Assembly: GCA_963783185.1 (NCBI GenBank)
Contig: CAWAMT010000008.1
Coordinates: 126,827-190,826 of the forward strand
Length of the DNA: 64,000 bases
Origin: an uncultured Gammaproteobacteria bacterium
GTDB taxonomy: Bacteria > Pseudomonadota > Gammaproteobacteria > Steroidobacterales > Steroidobacteraceae
Reading direction: 5' to 3'
Both the position numbers and the translations under genes were made by a program. Every line of letters begins with the position of its first letter. Within the stretch, counting starts at the first letter, position 1. The notes beneath the pieces are model-generated. The model was not told where the DNA came from and searched no databases. It saw nothing but the letters and a program-made list of their open reading frames with translations. Below, in pieces: positions 34,324 through 45,386 of the stretch.

Positions 34324-35029
34324 TTACGAGATGGCGAAACTGAAGCGCATCCTCCCAAGCCGCGTAGCGAGCTGTATTGTCGAAGATGCACCAGATTTCT
34401 TTGGCTGTGGAACCGAGAACTTCCGTAGCGAAAGCATGAAGCTGCGCGTCCGAATATTTTGAATGGTACAAGCACGGGGTGCCGTGCCAGCGAAAGTACG
34501 CTAGGCCGCACGCCCCGCCTTCCTCGCCCGCTCCCGCGCAGCGAGCGGGATCCGCGGCGACGCGGGTGATGTTAAGCTCGCGTAAAACCGCATCGGCCGA
34601 GGCGGAAAACCAACTCTCGTGCCGCGGCTCGCAGGTGATGATAGTGCCTTTAATCTGTGGCACTGCCTGAAAGAATGCACGAGTGGTCCTGACGCTAAAT
34701 TCCAGCGAAGGGGGCAATTGCACCAGCACTGCCCGGAGCTTTGGCCGCAGAAGAGCGATCTCCTCGAAGAATTGCGACACCTCTCGAGATGTTCGCCGCA
34801 AGCGTGCCTCATGAGTAACGCTTCGCGGCATTTTTACCGAGAAGCGAAACTGGGCGGGCGTCTCATCGCGCCAGCGTTTGTAAGTTGCGGCTCGATGGCT
34901 CTTATAAAAGGACGAGTTGATTTCTACACACGAGAACCGGGAACCGTAATACGCAAGATGCGATTCATACGGTCCCCTCTCGTTTCGCCGGTCTGGAGGA
35001 TTGGTCCATCCAGCGATACCTACGCGGAT
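34310..35029 (-). CDS. DUF72 family protein (start codon not identified)
   Basis: The track ORF starts at 34831, but the same frame upstream reads LIRVGIAGWTNPPDRRNERGPYESHLAYYGSRFSCVEINSSFYKSHRAATYKRWRDETPAQFRFSVKMPRSVTHE. This is the typical DUF72 N-terminus. No ATG/GTG/TTG is present there. Confidence 0.65.
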   Translation of the reverse strand: MRVGIAGWTNPPDRRNERGPYESHLAYYGSRFSCVEINSSFYKSHRAATYKRWRDETPAQFRFSVKMPRSVTHEARLRRTSREVSQFFEEIALLRPKLRAVLVQLPPSLEFSVRTTRAFFQAVPQIKGTIITCEPRHESWFSASADAVLRELNITRVAADPARCAGAGEEGGACGLAYFRWHGTPCLYHSKYSDAQLHAFATEVLGSTAKEIWCIFDNTARYAAWEDALQFRHLVSREI

Positions 35030-35063
35030 TAGTCGTCCGGCTAAGATATGCTCACCGCGAGCG

Positions 35064-36137
35064 CTACTGCTTTCTGAGAAATTCCCGCACCAGCTTTTCG
35101 CCTTTGCGTGTCGAGACGCTGGCTAGGTTTCCGCCGAAGGCTCGATGGATGGCGCCCGTGCGCCATGCGTCGAACACGCCCGGGTTGATATAAGACTTGC
35201 GGCACACCGCGGGCGTATTGCGCAGCTCAGAGGCCACCTGCTTGAGGACGCCGACGATCGCGCTTTTCAGGGTGCTCTCGCTCGCGTCGGGATCCCTGGG
35301 AGTGCGCGCGAGCAATACTACTGCCCGAAGAGTTGCGCCCCAAGTCCGGAAGTCCTTGGCCGTGAAATCATCGCCCATCGCGTCGCGCAGATAGTCATTG
35401 ACCTGTCCGGAGTCGACCGGACAGCGGCTACCGTCGTCGGCAACGTACTGGAACAGATGCTGGCCGGGAAGCTCCTGACAACGCTGGACAATGCGCACGA
35501 TCCGTTTGTCGTCGATAGGAATCTCGTGTTGAACGCCGCCCTTACCTCGAAAATCGAGGACCGCACGCCCGTCGCGCACGAAAGTAACGTGACGGTTACG
35601 CAGCGTCGTAAGTCCGAAACTCTTGTTGTTCCGCGCATATTCCGCGTTGCCGATGCGAGCGCGGGTGGCATCGAGCAGCGCCGCCACGGCCGCGAGTACT
35701 TTTTCACGCGGTAGACCGGGGAGCACCAGATCTCGAGTGAGTTTCCGCCGCAGCTTCGGTAGTGCATCGCCGAAGGCGACCATTCGGTCGAACTTCGCGC
35801 TGTCGCGCACTTGCCGCCAATTCGGATGGTAACGGTACTGCTTACGGCCGCGAGCGTCGTGGCCGATAGCCTGCAGGTGACCACGCGGGTTCGCGCAGAT
35901 CCAGACATCCTTGTAGGCGGGCGGCACCGCGAGGCTCACGATACGCTTCAATTCGCTGGTGGATGTTAACCGCCGATTCTCGGGAGTCAGGTAATAGAAG
36001 CCTTTGCCGGCGCGCATGCGACGTATGCCGGGTTCTTTGGATGAGACATAACGGAGCCCCGCTTCGATTGCCATTTGCGCCGCGTCGGCTGAGGTGGCTG
36101 CTGAAGTGTCAATCGTCGTTGAGGTTCGGAACGTCAT
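35064..36137 (-). CDS. DNA topoisomerase IB (poxvirus-like bacterial TopIB)
   Basis: ATG 36137: MTFRTSTTID...LRYVSSKEPGIRRMRAGKGFYYL..., PPAYKDVWIC, GHDARGRKQYRYH, FRGKGGVQH, TAKDFRTWGAT and a C-terminal ...CRKSYINP (catalytic Tyr region). Confidence 0.85.
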   Translation of the reverse strand: MTFRTSTTIDTSAATSADAAQMAIEAGLRYVSSKEPGIRRMRAGKGFYYLTPENRRLTSTSELKRIVSLAVPPAYKDVWICANPRGHLQAIGHDARGRKQYRYHPNWRQVRDSAKFDRMVAFGDALPKLRRKLTRDLVLPGLPREKVLAAVAALLDATRARIGNAEYARNNKSFGLTTLRNRHVTFVRDGRAVLDFRGKGGVQHEIPIDDKRIVRIVQRCQELPGQHLFQYVADDGSRCPVDSGQVNDYLRDAMGDDFTAKDFRTWGATLRAVVLLARTPRDPDASESTLKSAIVGVLKQVASELRNTPAVCRKSYINPGVFDAWRTGAIHRAFGGNLASVSTRKGEKLVREFLRKQ

Positions 36138-36379
36138 GGATGGTCTAGTTTCGTTGAGAACCCGGCCGTCGATCCTGCCCATTGCCGGACCGGCGAGCTT
36201 CCGGACGGCGGCACACTCGGGGAGCCAGGGCTCGTCCCCTGGCCGGGCGGAGTGGTCGGCGAGCCGGGAGTGGTCCGTGGCGGTACGGGAGGCGAGTCCG
36301 GAGCGGACTGCGCAAGTGCGGCACTAGCACAGGTCAGCCCCAATGCGAGTAAGGCCATTATTGCAATTGGCCTAATCAT
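36134..36379 (-). CDS. small secreted proline-rich protein
   Basis: ATG 36379 is preceded by aagagga. Signal peptide MIRPIAIMALLALGLTCASAALAQ, then a Pro/Ser/Thr/Gly-rich sequence. Its TGA overlaps the TopIB ATG (ATGA). Confidence 0.5.
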   Translation of the reverse strand: MIRPIAIMALLALGLTCASAALAQSAPDSPPVPPRTTPGSPTTPPGQGTSPGSPSVPPSGSSPVRQWAGSTAGFSTKLDHP

Positions 36380-36676
36380 GAAAATCCTCTTTTCGGTTGA
36401 GCGGTGCAATCGACAGTACTCGCGGGCCAAACTGTCGGCTGTCGGCGAGCGCGATCATTTGCTGTAGGGCGGCTCCAATTGAGCGCCCATCCGCTGCTGT
36501 GTAGTATCTGGCTCGTCAGCGCAGCTAAGCCGAGCAACCAATGAAAAGAAGAGAATTTTGCATGAACAACCCGTACTGCGCGCCCACGGGGGACTCGGCG
36601 ACGAATTGGTCCAAGCAATCCGGCCTAGGCCAGACGACGCTGGCATTCACCCGACTCGCGTGAGCATTAGGTCAAT

Positions 36677-37357
36677 GTGCGAAATATAGACTTCTCGTCT
36701 TGGCAGGCATTGATTTCGACTCTGCTAGGGCTCAGCGTGATTACCCTTATAGGGGTCGGCATCCGACTGCTCGCGATGCAGACAATTCAGCAGCGCCGCG
36801 AACGCGAAAACCGCCAAATTAACGAACGCTTGCGCACGTTGATTGCCGCCTATAAAACGTTGGGCGGTTCCTTCACTGGCGATCTTGCCGTGGATCCGGC
36901 GCATCTTAGGGATTTGAAACGCAATGCGGATGGCACGCCTGACCTTGGGACCGGGACAACGGTGGATAGAGTACGACTGGGCTCCGATCGTTCGCGCCGC
37001 ATTCGCGATGCGGTCGAAGCTTCGTTGTCCGACATTATTCTTCTCGGGACCGAAGAGCAGGTACGGTTGGCGGCAGCGGCGGCCGCTGAACTCGCCGCGG
37101 GCCGCCCGGTAGAAACTGCTGCGCTGGTGGTCTGCCTGCGTGATTTTATTCGTCAGGTATTGGATCTGCAGCCCGTGCCTTCGCAACTCTTGATTCCGAA
37201 ACAGGGGCCTTCGCGTGCGATGTCCTCAAAGAGTGGCAAAGAGGGCGAAAGGAATGCGAAGCAGAGTAGCGGCAGCGGCGGGCTGGGCGGGACCGCAGGA
37301 GGCGCGGGTTTTGGCCGTGGTTTCAGCCCTGAGGAAGAGTCTGAGCATCACGATTAG
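36677..37357 (+). CDS. hypothetical membrane-anchored protein
   Basis: 226-aa ORF with a GTG start. One N-terminal TM (ALISTLLGLSVITLIGVGIRLLA), a coiled charged segment and a Gly-rich tail. No family recognised. Confidence 0.4.
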   Translation: MRNIDFSSWQALISTLLGLSVITLIGVGIRLLAMQTIQQRRERENRQINERLRTLIAAYKTLGGSFTGDLAVDPAHLRDLKRNADGTPDLGTGTTVDRVRLGSDRSRRIRDAVEASLSDIILLGTEEQVRLAAAAAAELAAGRPVETAALVVCLRDFIRQVLDLQPVPSQLLIPKQGPSRAMSSKSGKEGERNAKQSSGSGGLGGTAGGAGFGRGFSPEEESEHHD

Positions 37358-37472
37358 GAGGCGCCGGTCCTTGGGCGAGGCGTCGCATTTGCGCTCCCAT
37401 TTCCATTTAGCTGACATGTGATCGGCCGCCCCTCTGACTATGCGTCCTCGCCGCGCACGGTAAATTTGGCAT

Positions 37473-37685
37473 ATGGTAAAAAAAATCGAAGTGACTTCCG
37501 ATGGCGACGAACCGGTCAGGCCATCGCCATCTTTTGACCCTCCTCACGAGGCCGATTGGCATCGCATGATCTCGGAAGCAGCCTACTTTTGCGCGGAAAA
37601 GCGCGGCTTTGCAGGCGGCGGCGCCCTCGACGACTGGCTCGCAGCAGAAGAGCAAGTCAGGTCTTTGCTCTCTTTTCCTAAGTAG
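37473..37685 (+). CDS. DUF2934 family small protein
   Basis: HRMISEAAYFCAEKRGFAGGGALDDWLAAEEQV matches the DUF2934 I..AY..AE.RGF..G....DWL.AE pattern. Confidence 0.55.
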   Translation: MVKKIEVTSDGDEPVRPSPSFDPPHEADWHRMISEAAYFCAEKRGFAGGGALDDWLAAEEQVRSLLSFPK

Positions 37686-38054
37686 CGCGCCCCTTCTAAT
37701 GATTCTATGATTTTGCGCGCGCGTTTGATGGCTCGATGTGCGGCGGCAGGCTCCTTTGGGACTCCGTGTAGGAGAAACACTCGTCTGGCGTTCCCACCGT
37801 GAGGTGGATGGGCCGTCTGAAAATCAACCGCACGCTACTCCGTGGTAAGAACTACCTTGCCAATTGAGTCGCCGCGTTCGACGCAGATCAACGCCAATGC
37901 CATCGCCTCTTGCTCTAGCACAGCCTTCTCGGCATAACGCCGCCGCCGCCGATTCCTACCATACCAGCCACTTTCGCCGACTTTGAACCGAGTGGCCTGT
38001 GCGCCGCACTTCTCGAAGAACATCCGGTGGTTCCGTGTGAGTTCCTGACTCAGA

Positions 38055-39612
38055 TTAGCCACCCTGCCCGTCGAAGAAGGACTTCACGGCCGCCAGACAG
38101 AAGGGCGGCACGAGCTGCGCGTGGTAGTCCTCGAGCACCGCGGCATGCCCGCCGTCGGTGGCACCGCCGGCGATGGCGGCGACCTCCACGGCCGTGACCG
38201 CCGCCTCGAATGCGTCTTTCTCGTCCGCATACGGATCGTTCGCCGTCGGCGTGGAGGCGATGTCCAAGATGGTCACGGGCGCGCTCGGCGCATTCTTCGA
38301 CCAATACTCCTGCATGAGCTGCGTATTGAAAAAGAAGACGTCAGGATCTTCATCGCCGCCACACAGCAGCGTCGGCATGGTCGGCGTCCAGTTGCGCAGA
38401 TCGTTCGTCTTGAGATCTTGCCGCAAAGGTATTCTTGGGCGAAGCGGCGGGCAGCCCGGTGGTCATCGTCGGAAAGCCGCCGTCGGGATTGGCCTGCTCG
38501 TCTTGCAGATAGGCGAGGCGGTAGCTGTTGAGGATGAGGTAATCGCTGCTGCAAAACCCATCGCAAACACGATGGCGAGGTCGGCCGGCGTGGTCGCCGG
38601 GGTGATCGAGGCGTACTGCGGGGCGGGCGGTGTGCTGCTGAAGAGCGCGTATTGCGGCAGCAGGCCCTCGGAGTAGATGGTGCTGATCGGCGTCGTGCTC
38701 GGCAGCAGGCCGGCGATGTCGTTGGCGTAGGGCGTGGCGAAGATATCCGTCGGCTCCGAGTAGAGATTGCCGTATGCGTTCTGATAACCGTTCGCAAGGA
38801 GTGCCACGTTCTCCGTCGCGCTGTAGTTCACTTCGCCCAGAAAAATGGCATCACCGAATGCGGCGAGCGCATAGGGCCCGGACATCGGCGCCGAGGCGGT
38901 CACGGTCTCGCCGGCCGCTTGCATCGCGCGCGTCGCGGCCATCGCCACGTAGCCCCCTTGAGAATAACCGGTGACGAACAGCTTGTGATTGTCGGTGACG
39001 GTCGGTGCGAGCGCGACCGGCAGCGCGCTGCGCGCCGCCGTGAGCGCATCCATCATCTCGTCCGCTTGCTGCGCGCCGACCAGGTACGGATGGTAGCTGA
39101 GCGTCGAGGTGTCGTAGCCCGCATAGTTCGGCGCGACGACAATGTAACCCTCGGCGGCAAAGAGCGCCGCGAGAATGAGCCCCTCGCTGCTGGCGTTCGA
39201 GCCCGACAGCTGTGCGATGTCGTAGTTCTTGTTCGGTGAGGTGCCGTGGGCGTACTCGACGATGGGACGTGGGCCCTGACAGCCGGCGGCCGATCCGCTC
39301 GGCACCATGAGCGCGCCGGTGGACGTGGTCGGCTCGGACTTCGCCCCGACCGTCTCGTAGTTCAACCGGTAGACGTTCACGGTGCAGACGGGCGAGTAGG
39401 CGAGCGTCAGAAGCTCCTGTCCGAGCGCGTCTGAGGCTCAGCAGTCCGAGCAGATCCGAGGTGCTGAAGGTGGCGAGCAGGATCGGCGGATTGGTCAGCA
39501 GCTGCCCGCGCTGCGGCGTCAGGGTTCCGGGCGCAGAGCTATTGTTAATGCCGGTATTACAACCAATGAGCAGCGCCGCCGCGATGATGAAAAAAGAAGT
39601 CGGACGAGCCAT
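38055..39612 (-). CDS. secreted lipase/alpha-beta hydrolase lipoprotein (at least two frame breaks)
   Basis: ATG 39612: MARPTSFFIIAAALLIGCNTG gives a lipobox. ORF 38463..39380 carries ...APNYAGYDTS...LFVTGYSQGGYVAMA (GxSxG nucleophile). ORF 38055..38426 carries the C-terminal ...LLCGGDEDPDVFF... part. Confidence 0.65.
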
Positions 39613-40025
39613 GAAATATCCTCGGGCCAGCGGGTTTGAAAAGTTGCGTAGCGGCACGTTGCTGCTTGACGGTAGCGCACTCTTCCCGCGGCGGTGCCCT
39701 GGTTTATTGTGAGCGGGCAACTTACGCCGTTGTAGGAAACATCTGATCTGTGGCGCTGTTGCGGCACCGGTTCCGCCCGTGTGACCCGGGTCAACGGCAA
39801 ATCCTCGGATGGCGGGAACAAGTGCCGGCGCGAAGATGAAAATGAACAATTGAGATCTTAATCACGTTTTGCTTCGAAACTCTGAGCGTTGCGCAGCCTC
39901 GCAAAAACCAACACTTGCTTCAGACTTTGAGCCTAGCCCCAGATTAAGTTGAGCCGCCGGGCCGCAATATCAGCTGCGCGCCTCGGCCGCCCGGGGTATC
40001 AGATCGCGAGTGTACTGATGAATCT

Positions 40026-40676
40026 TTGATGAGACCACCAATGACCATTATTACTCCTCCTCCGGATATTGCAAAGCGCTGGCACGGCGCACTAAGCGCC
40101 AGACTACGGCGTGCCCCGCTAGAGCGTTTCCTCGCAAGTCACGGACTTTCGAGCGCTGCCCCGGGAGCGGCGCAGAATAGCGATAATGTTGCCCGCGCTA
40201 CGATACACGTTGTTACCACATATCTTGATGCCTCCAAGCAACTGCGAGTGTTTTCCTCCAGCCAACGCTGGGGAATTGGCGCGGCGACCTGCGCGCTCTG
40301 CGAGACGATAGCCTCTGGAATAGGCGAGGAATCTCACTGGAGGATTGCCGCCCTGGTAAGCATCGCACGACTACTGGCTCCTCAAGGCGACTTGACGGAG
40401 TCGGCAAGTTTTGCTGCGACCGTGGTGCGCGCCTATGAGCGTCGGAATTTAACGATCATGCCCGTCGGTGAAATCGAACGTCTTAAGATTGCGGTTCGCG
40501 AGTATCGTCTTGACGCTCCACCTTGGCTCGCGGTCGCTTGCGATGCTGTTGCAAGATACCTGCGATCGGTCGAGTGGCCCTTGATCTCAGCCGATAAGCA
40601 GGACGAGGGCACGCGCCCATTTCCCACATCGTCGTCAAAGGCAGTCACCCTGCGCTTAGTCCACAATAGTGGCTAA
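40026..40676 (+). CDS. hypothetical protein
   Basis: 216-aa ORF with no overlapping better ORF and no recognisable motifs. Confidence 0.3.
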   Translation: MMRPPMTIITPPPDIAKRWHGALSARLRRAPLERFLASHGLSSAAPGAAQNSDNVARATIHVVTTYLDASKQLRVFSSSQRWGIGAATCALCETIASGIGEESHWRIAALVSIARLLAPQGDLTESASFAATVVRAYERRNLTIMPVGEIERLKIAVREYRLDAPPWLAVACDAVARYLRSVEWPLISADKQDEGTRPFPTSSSKAVTLRLVHNSG

Positions 40677-40887
40677 CCGGAAGCGCCGACCGGCTTGGGT
40701 TCCTCCGTTAAGTCTGCGGACGCTTTAATCCCTGGCGAGGCCGTGCGCCATCGAGTCGCAAGGAAGTCAATAGATAAAATCGTGACCTGATTAACGCCGA
40801 GGCGAGCTTCAATGAAATCGGGTCGATGGAATGCGTTGATAAAAAGCAGCATCCTGCGGCGTTCATTAGCAAAGAAGGGCGCAGCGC

Positions 40888-41121
40888 ATGGCAAAGCCAG
40901 GAGTCGAGTATCACTACATGAGAACGTCCGCGCAAAGCGAGCCACGCAAGTACCTTTCCTTAGAAAGCGTAATAGCCGCGATCAAGGACCTTAATCACAT
41001 GCAAGTTGGGCGGGGATTCATTACCACCCGTGACGACGTGGGCAAGCACACGAGCCGGCATCCTGACGGCAGGACCGTGCAGTTCTGGGCCGAAAACGAA
41101 CGAGGCGAAATAGTCAGCTGA
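40888..41121 (+). CDS. hypothetical small protein
   Basis: 77-aa ORF in a visibly more A/T-rich stretch, with balanced amino-acid composition. No family recognised. Confidence 0.3.
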   Translation: MAKPGVEYHYMRTSAQSEPRKYLSLESVIAAIKDLNHMQVGRGFITTRDDVGKHTSRHPDGRTVQFWAENERGEIVS

Positions 41122-41157
41122 GAAAGCGACGAACCAGTGCCATATGGTCCCAAGTAT

Positions 41158-41688
41158 TTATGCGGGACGCCGCTGAGTACTCGTACTGGCCTCAGTCGAC
41201 ATGGCGACTACGCGATGTTCTCCCAGGTCGCGCGGCTGCCGGTTCGTAATCAGAGCCTTTGCGAAGCCGAACAGCTGAACCAACTTGCTGTTGGATGAGT
41301 CCCAATATTCAGCGTGGTCCGGGGTTACAGCGATTAGAACATTGAGTGGCGACGTTGCCCCTTCGGGGAACCACGCCTGCACTCCCGCATTCCATAGTTC
41401 CTGCTTCTTCGCCACGTCGGTGATCACCACGCTTGGACCCGCCGCACACACGAACTCGGCGGAGCCGGAATCACTATAGGAAAGACATACCTTGGAATGC
41501 GTACGCAAGGCTGCCACGCTGGCCGAGTCTGCCTTTGCGAAAAACCAAAGGGTACCGTCAAACTCTCGATTGATCGTGGTCATTGGACGGCTTCTGAGAA
41601 GCTGTTCGCCCTCCAGCGTCGTCAGCATGGCGAATCGATGCTTCCTGATTAGGCTCCATAACTTCTCTGGGCCTGATTGTTGGGTCAT
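41158..41688 (-). CDS. pyridoxamine 5'-phosphate oxidase-like / general stress protein 26 family
   Basis: LWSLIRKHRFAMLTTLEGEQLLRSRPMTT...DGTLWFFAKADS...VCLSYSD...LIAVTPDHAEYWD. Confidence 0.75.
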   Translation of the reverse strand: MTQQSGPEKLWSLIRKHRFAMLTTLEGEQLLRSRPMTTINREFDGTLWFFAKADSASVAALRTHSKVCLSYSDSGSAEFVCAAGPSVVITDVAKKQELWNAGVQAWFPEGATSPLNVLIAVTPDHAEYWDSSNSKLVQLFGFAKALITNRQPRDLGEHRVVAMSTEASTSTQRRPA

Positions 41689-41894
41689 TCTTGAATTATG
41701 GCAGCTGCATTCAAGAGCACTGTCCGGCTAATCGAGGCACTTCTTACCGGCGCCCTCCTACAACGCTGCGAAGGGAAAGTGCGTCAAATAAAAACGAGCG
41801 GGCGATCACCGGAGGAGAGCGCGGACTAGCGGATTCATCAAACAAAGTCGCGGCCATCGAACTTCACGTCCGACATTGAAGGTGCATTCCATGA

Positions 41895-44800
41895 TCAATG
41901 AGTAGGTTCAAGCGGCTCGCCCGTGAGGTTGACGAGTTGTGGCCGCACCCCGGACGCATCGGTCGACCTTTCGATCAACGCATGAAGTTCTGGCGCCAGC
42001 GTCGTCAGCAGCAAGACGGCCAGTGAGCTGGTGAAGTGATAATTCGCCGCCTGTTCCCCGGGCACGAAAGCGGTGACTGTGCCGTACAGCCGGTCGCCCA
42101 GAAAGAACACGAACGTCGCGGTCCGGTCGACCAGGCGTGCTTCGATGAGTTGGTGTCCGGGACCGAACGACTCGAAGCGGTTGTCGCCGGTTCCCGTCTT
42201 GCCGCCAATCGGAAGCGGCCTCCCGTCCTGTCCGAAGAATATGCCGCGCGCCCTAACTGCGGTTCCAGTATCGACGACGCCGGCGAGGGCGCGACGCAGC
42301 GTCGTGGCGACCTCGGCGGACATCACCCGCCTTGACACTTCGGGCCGATAGATCATTTCCGTCTCGTACGGCGTATCGGCAGCGAAACGCACGTGTTCAA
42401 GATCAGTGGTCGGCTGCTTTACACCGTCATTGAGGATGATCCCCATCAGTGTGGCGAGCGCATCGGGGCGATCCCCAGAGCTGCCGATCACGGTCGCCAA
42501 CGATGGAACCAGGCGGGCGAATGGATAGCCCTGCTGCTTCCAGTCCTGCCAAAGATGGTCGAACGCATCCTGCTCGATGAGCTCCCGGATGCGTACGTTC
42601 TGTTGGTGGGTTCTCCCGGTCTTCAAGAGCCAGGAATACGCCTGTTGTCGTTGCTCGACGCTCGCCGCGATGACCTGCGACCGAGTAACGTGCGGATGCT
42701 CATGCAGGTAAGCCACAAGCCAGAGCTCGAGCGGGTTGACTCCGGCCACGTAGCCGCGGTCATTCAGCGAAAATCTGTTCGGAGCGGATTGGGCGTATAT
42801 TTCTCGGGCAGCGCCCGCGGGCACCTCCTCTCGGACATGGCGAGCGAGGAAACCTTGCATCAGCGCCAGGGAGTCCCCGGGCCGCACACTACGGAAGATC
42901 ATGGCGAGCCGGCGCGGCAACGGCTGCCACGCTACCGGCAAGGTGCTCAAGCGCCTCATCGGGCGACAACCTCCCGTACGTCAGATAGAAATGATTGAGG
43001 TAAGTAGTGCCTTCCTGATCGGCGAAACGGCGCAACAGATCTTTGCGCATCGAACTATCGGAACCGTGCACACCCTCGTGCGCGCCCAAGTTAGCTTCGT
43101 AATGCCGTATCACGTCACGCATCAACCGCACGAAGGCCAGATTGATCGAGCGCTCGAAGGCCTGTTCGACGGTCGGAATCTCACTGTCTTCGAAGGGCTC
43201 GAAGTTATGAAAGACGTGGAGGCCGCCGCCGGTGAAGAATTCCTCGAACGGGCTGGCGGAATAGCGACGCTGCATCGCGGCGTCTAGCATCGGCTGCAAG
43301 CGCGCGGCGGCCCGGCGGCACACCTGCCAGGTAGTCCGCTGCCCATCGCCGCAGCGGGTCATCGCTCGTCGCGGCCAATTGCCGCAGCGCCGGAACCGAG
43401 AGCTTCGACAGTTCGCGATACTGGCCGTCGATGATGCCCAGATAGGTCGAGAGTGTTCTCAGCTTGGCGGTAGAGCCGAGGATCAGCTTCGCCCCGGAGT
43501 TCAAGTCAAACGGCTGCTCCATGCTGTCGGCGTGAACGCGGATCAGATTGTGGTCCTTACCGCGCTCATAGAGAACAACGCTCCAGGCAACTTTGCCCGG
43601 ATCCCCGTCGCCCAGGAGCTTGTCGCCCTTCAGCCCCAGCGCACTGACCTCCATTGGGATCCCTCAGCCGCTCGAGAAGCGCCGCCACTCGGCTCTGAGT
43701 CGGCCCATCGATGCTGACATCGGCCGAGAGATCCATCCGGTCGAGGCTGTAGACCTGCGGCAGGCCAAGCACTCTCATCAATTCCGTCCGCACGGCATCG
43801 ACCGCTTTGCGCTCGACGAATGAGCGCGCGCCCGGTGCCGGCGGCCCCGGCGTGAAGACGAGCCGGCGCACCAGCGCCGCATCGCGCATTGCGGGATCGA
43901 TCACGCCTGCCGACGCCAGAGCGCGCAGATAGCTGTCGGTGAGGCGCTCGAGATCCTCTCGCCCGGCATTCAAATAATAGGAGGGCCGACGCTGAGCGAT
44001 CAGCAGGCTGAGTACCTCCTTGTAGACCTGCGCACGGCGCCGCGTCTCGGCGTCGGAGGCAACCTGATGCGAGAGGAGTCTGTTTACCTCGGCCAGATCG
44101 ACACCGAACCACGCGGACATCGCATCGCCGAAACCAACGACCTCGCCATATCCCGGCCTGGAGCCCAAAGGCGTCGAATCAAGGTAAGCGGTGACGATCT
44201 CCCTTTGGGCGGTAGTCGTCTCGATACCGTCCAGATAAGCGCGTGCAGTCGCGGTCACGATCTGCCGCATTTTCTCGGTAACGCTTTCCGTACGCCCGTC
44301 GGGCGAGTGCCGATATTTCTCGATCTGCGTCGCCAACGTGCTGGCTCCGCCGTGCTTGAGGCGGGGATTGACGATTCCACCGAGCCGTCCGGCCACCGCC
44401 CAGGCGAAGCGACGCCATTCAAGGGCCGGGTTGCGATAGGGATCCTTCGGATCGAGAAGGTCACGATCTTCAATGAACCGTAACGTGTCGATCAGCAGCG
44501 CGCGGGATTTCCTCGAAACGCCGATAAACCGCCGATGGATAGGATGCGGCCTCGAGCGTGCGGCCCGAACTATCCTTCAGCACCAAGCCTGCCTGAGACT
44601 TTTCATGGTAAACGGCATAGCCAACCGCATCGATAAAGCGCAGCAAAGCAGAAGACTGAACCGCCTGCCTGACGATTTCGAAATTACGGGCCTTCAGGCG
44701 CTGAATCAGGGACGGCATATAAGCGTAGCCCAGGCGGCGATCGTATGGTCCCGCATGAGGAAATAGCACAGCCGGGCTTGCCCCCGGCTTGATCTCGAAC

Positions 44801-44966
44801 CTCAAGTCGGCAACAGCGCGATGGAAAACAGCGAATTCAGACGCGTGTTGCTGAGCAGCAGCACGGTCAGAGCGCATCCCAGCAGCAAGCTCAAGCTCCA
44901 GGATATCGCGCGCCTGATCTTGATTTCGCGGTCGCGCTGCCGCTGCGATCCTATCGGCAGCGCGAG
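41895..44966 (-). CDS. GT51 transglycosylase plus penicillin-binding-like large protein (several frame breaks, N-terminus unresolved)
   Basis: Fragments: TM anchor ...RRAISWSLSLLLGCALTVLLLSN, then FIEDRDLLDP... and GGASTLATQIEKY (GT51-like) in ORFs 44470..44877 and 43566..44396. Also LILGSTAKLRTL (SxxK-like) in 43205..43654 and GGKTGTGDN (KTG) in 41895..42959. Confidence 0.6.
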
Positions 44967-45386
44967 CTACACTCGTATCTGACGTGCGAGCGCCTGAGAC
45001 TCGTTCGCTGATCTCTGCACCGGATGCAGAGCCGGCATCGCGACTCGTTGACGGTGTCCTTCGCTAGAGAACTGGACTGACACTCGCGGCCCCAAATAAA
45101 TCATCGTCCACACACGGACTCGAGCTGTGGATCTCGGTGAGAGGCGTTAACTAACCTGCGTCAGGAACTTGCCGTCCCTTCGAGATCAGCAGGCGTCGTT
45201 GTACTCCCGTCCGCCTCAACCTTCACGTCGTAACAGCTGTAACGAGCATATCGCAAAGATTCAAGGCGCCGCGTTGGACGAAGGTGCAGGCTGCGACCCA
45301 GCAGGACAGGTCTCCAGCGACTCCTCTTGCGTAGCGCAGCGCAATGAGAGCGTGGGACGAAAGTCCAATTGTCGCTGGTGACTGAT

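Noticed and set aside
36561-36662. 33-codon ORF MNNPYCAPTGDSATNWSKQSGLGQTTLAFTRLA in the intergenic region
   Set aside because: The RBS is weak, there are no recognisable features, and it cannot be distinguished from chance in GC-rich DNA.
37835-38062. 75-aa ORF as a functional gene
   Set aside because: Only the last ~25 residues (…EAMALALICVERGDSIGKVVLTTE) resemble anything, namely the C-terminus of MDR-type dehydrogenases. The rest is Arg-rich. It is treated as a possible remnant only.
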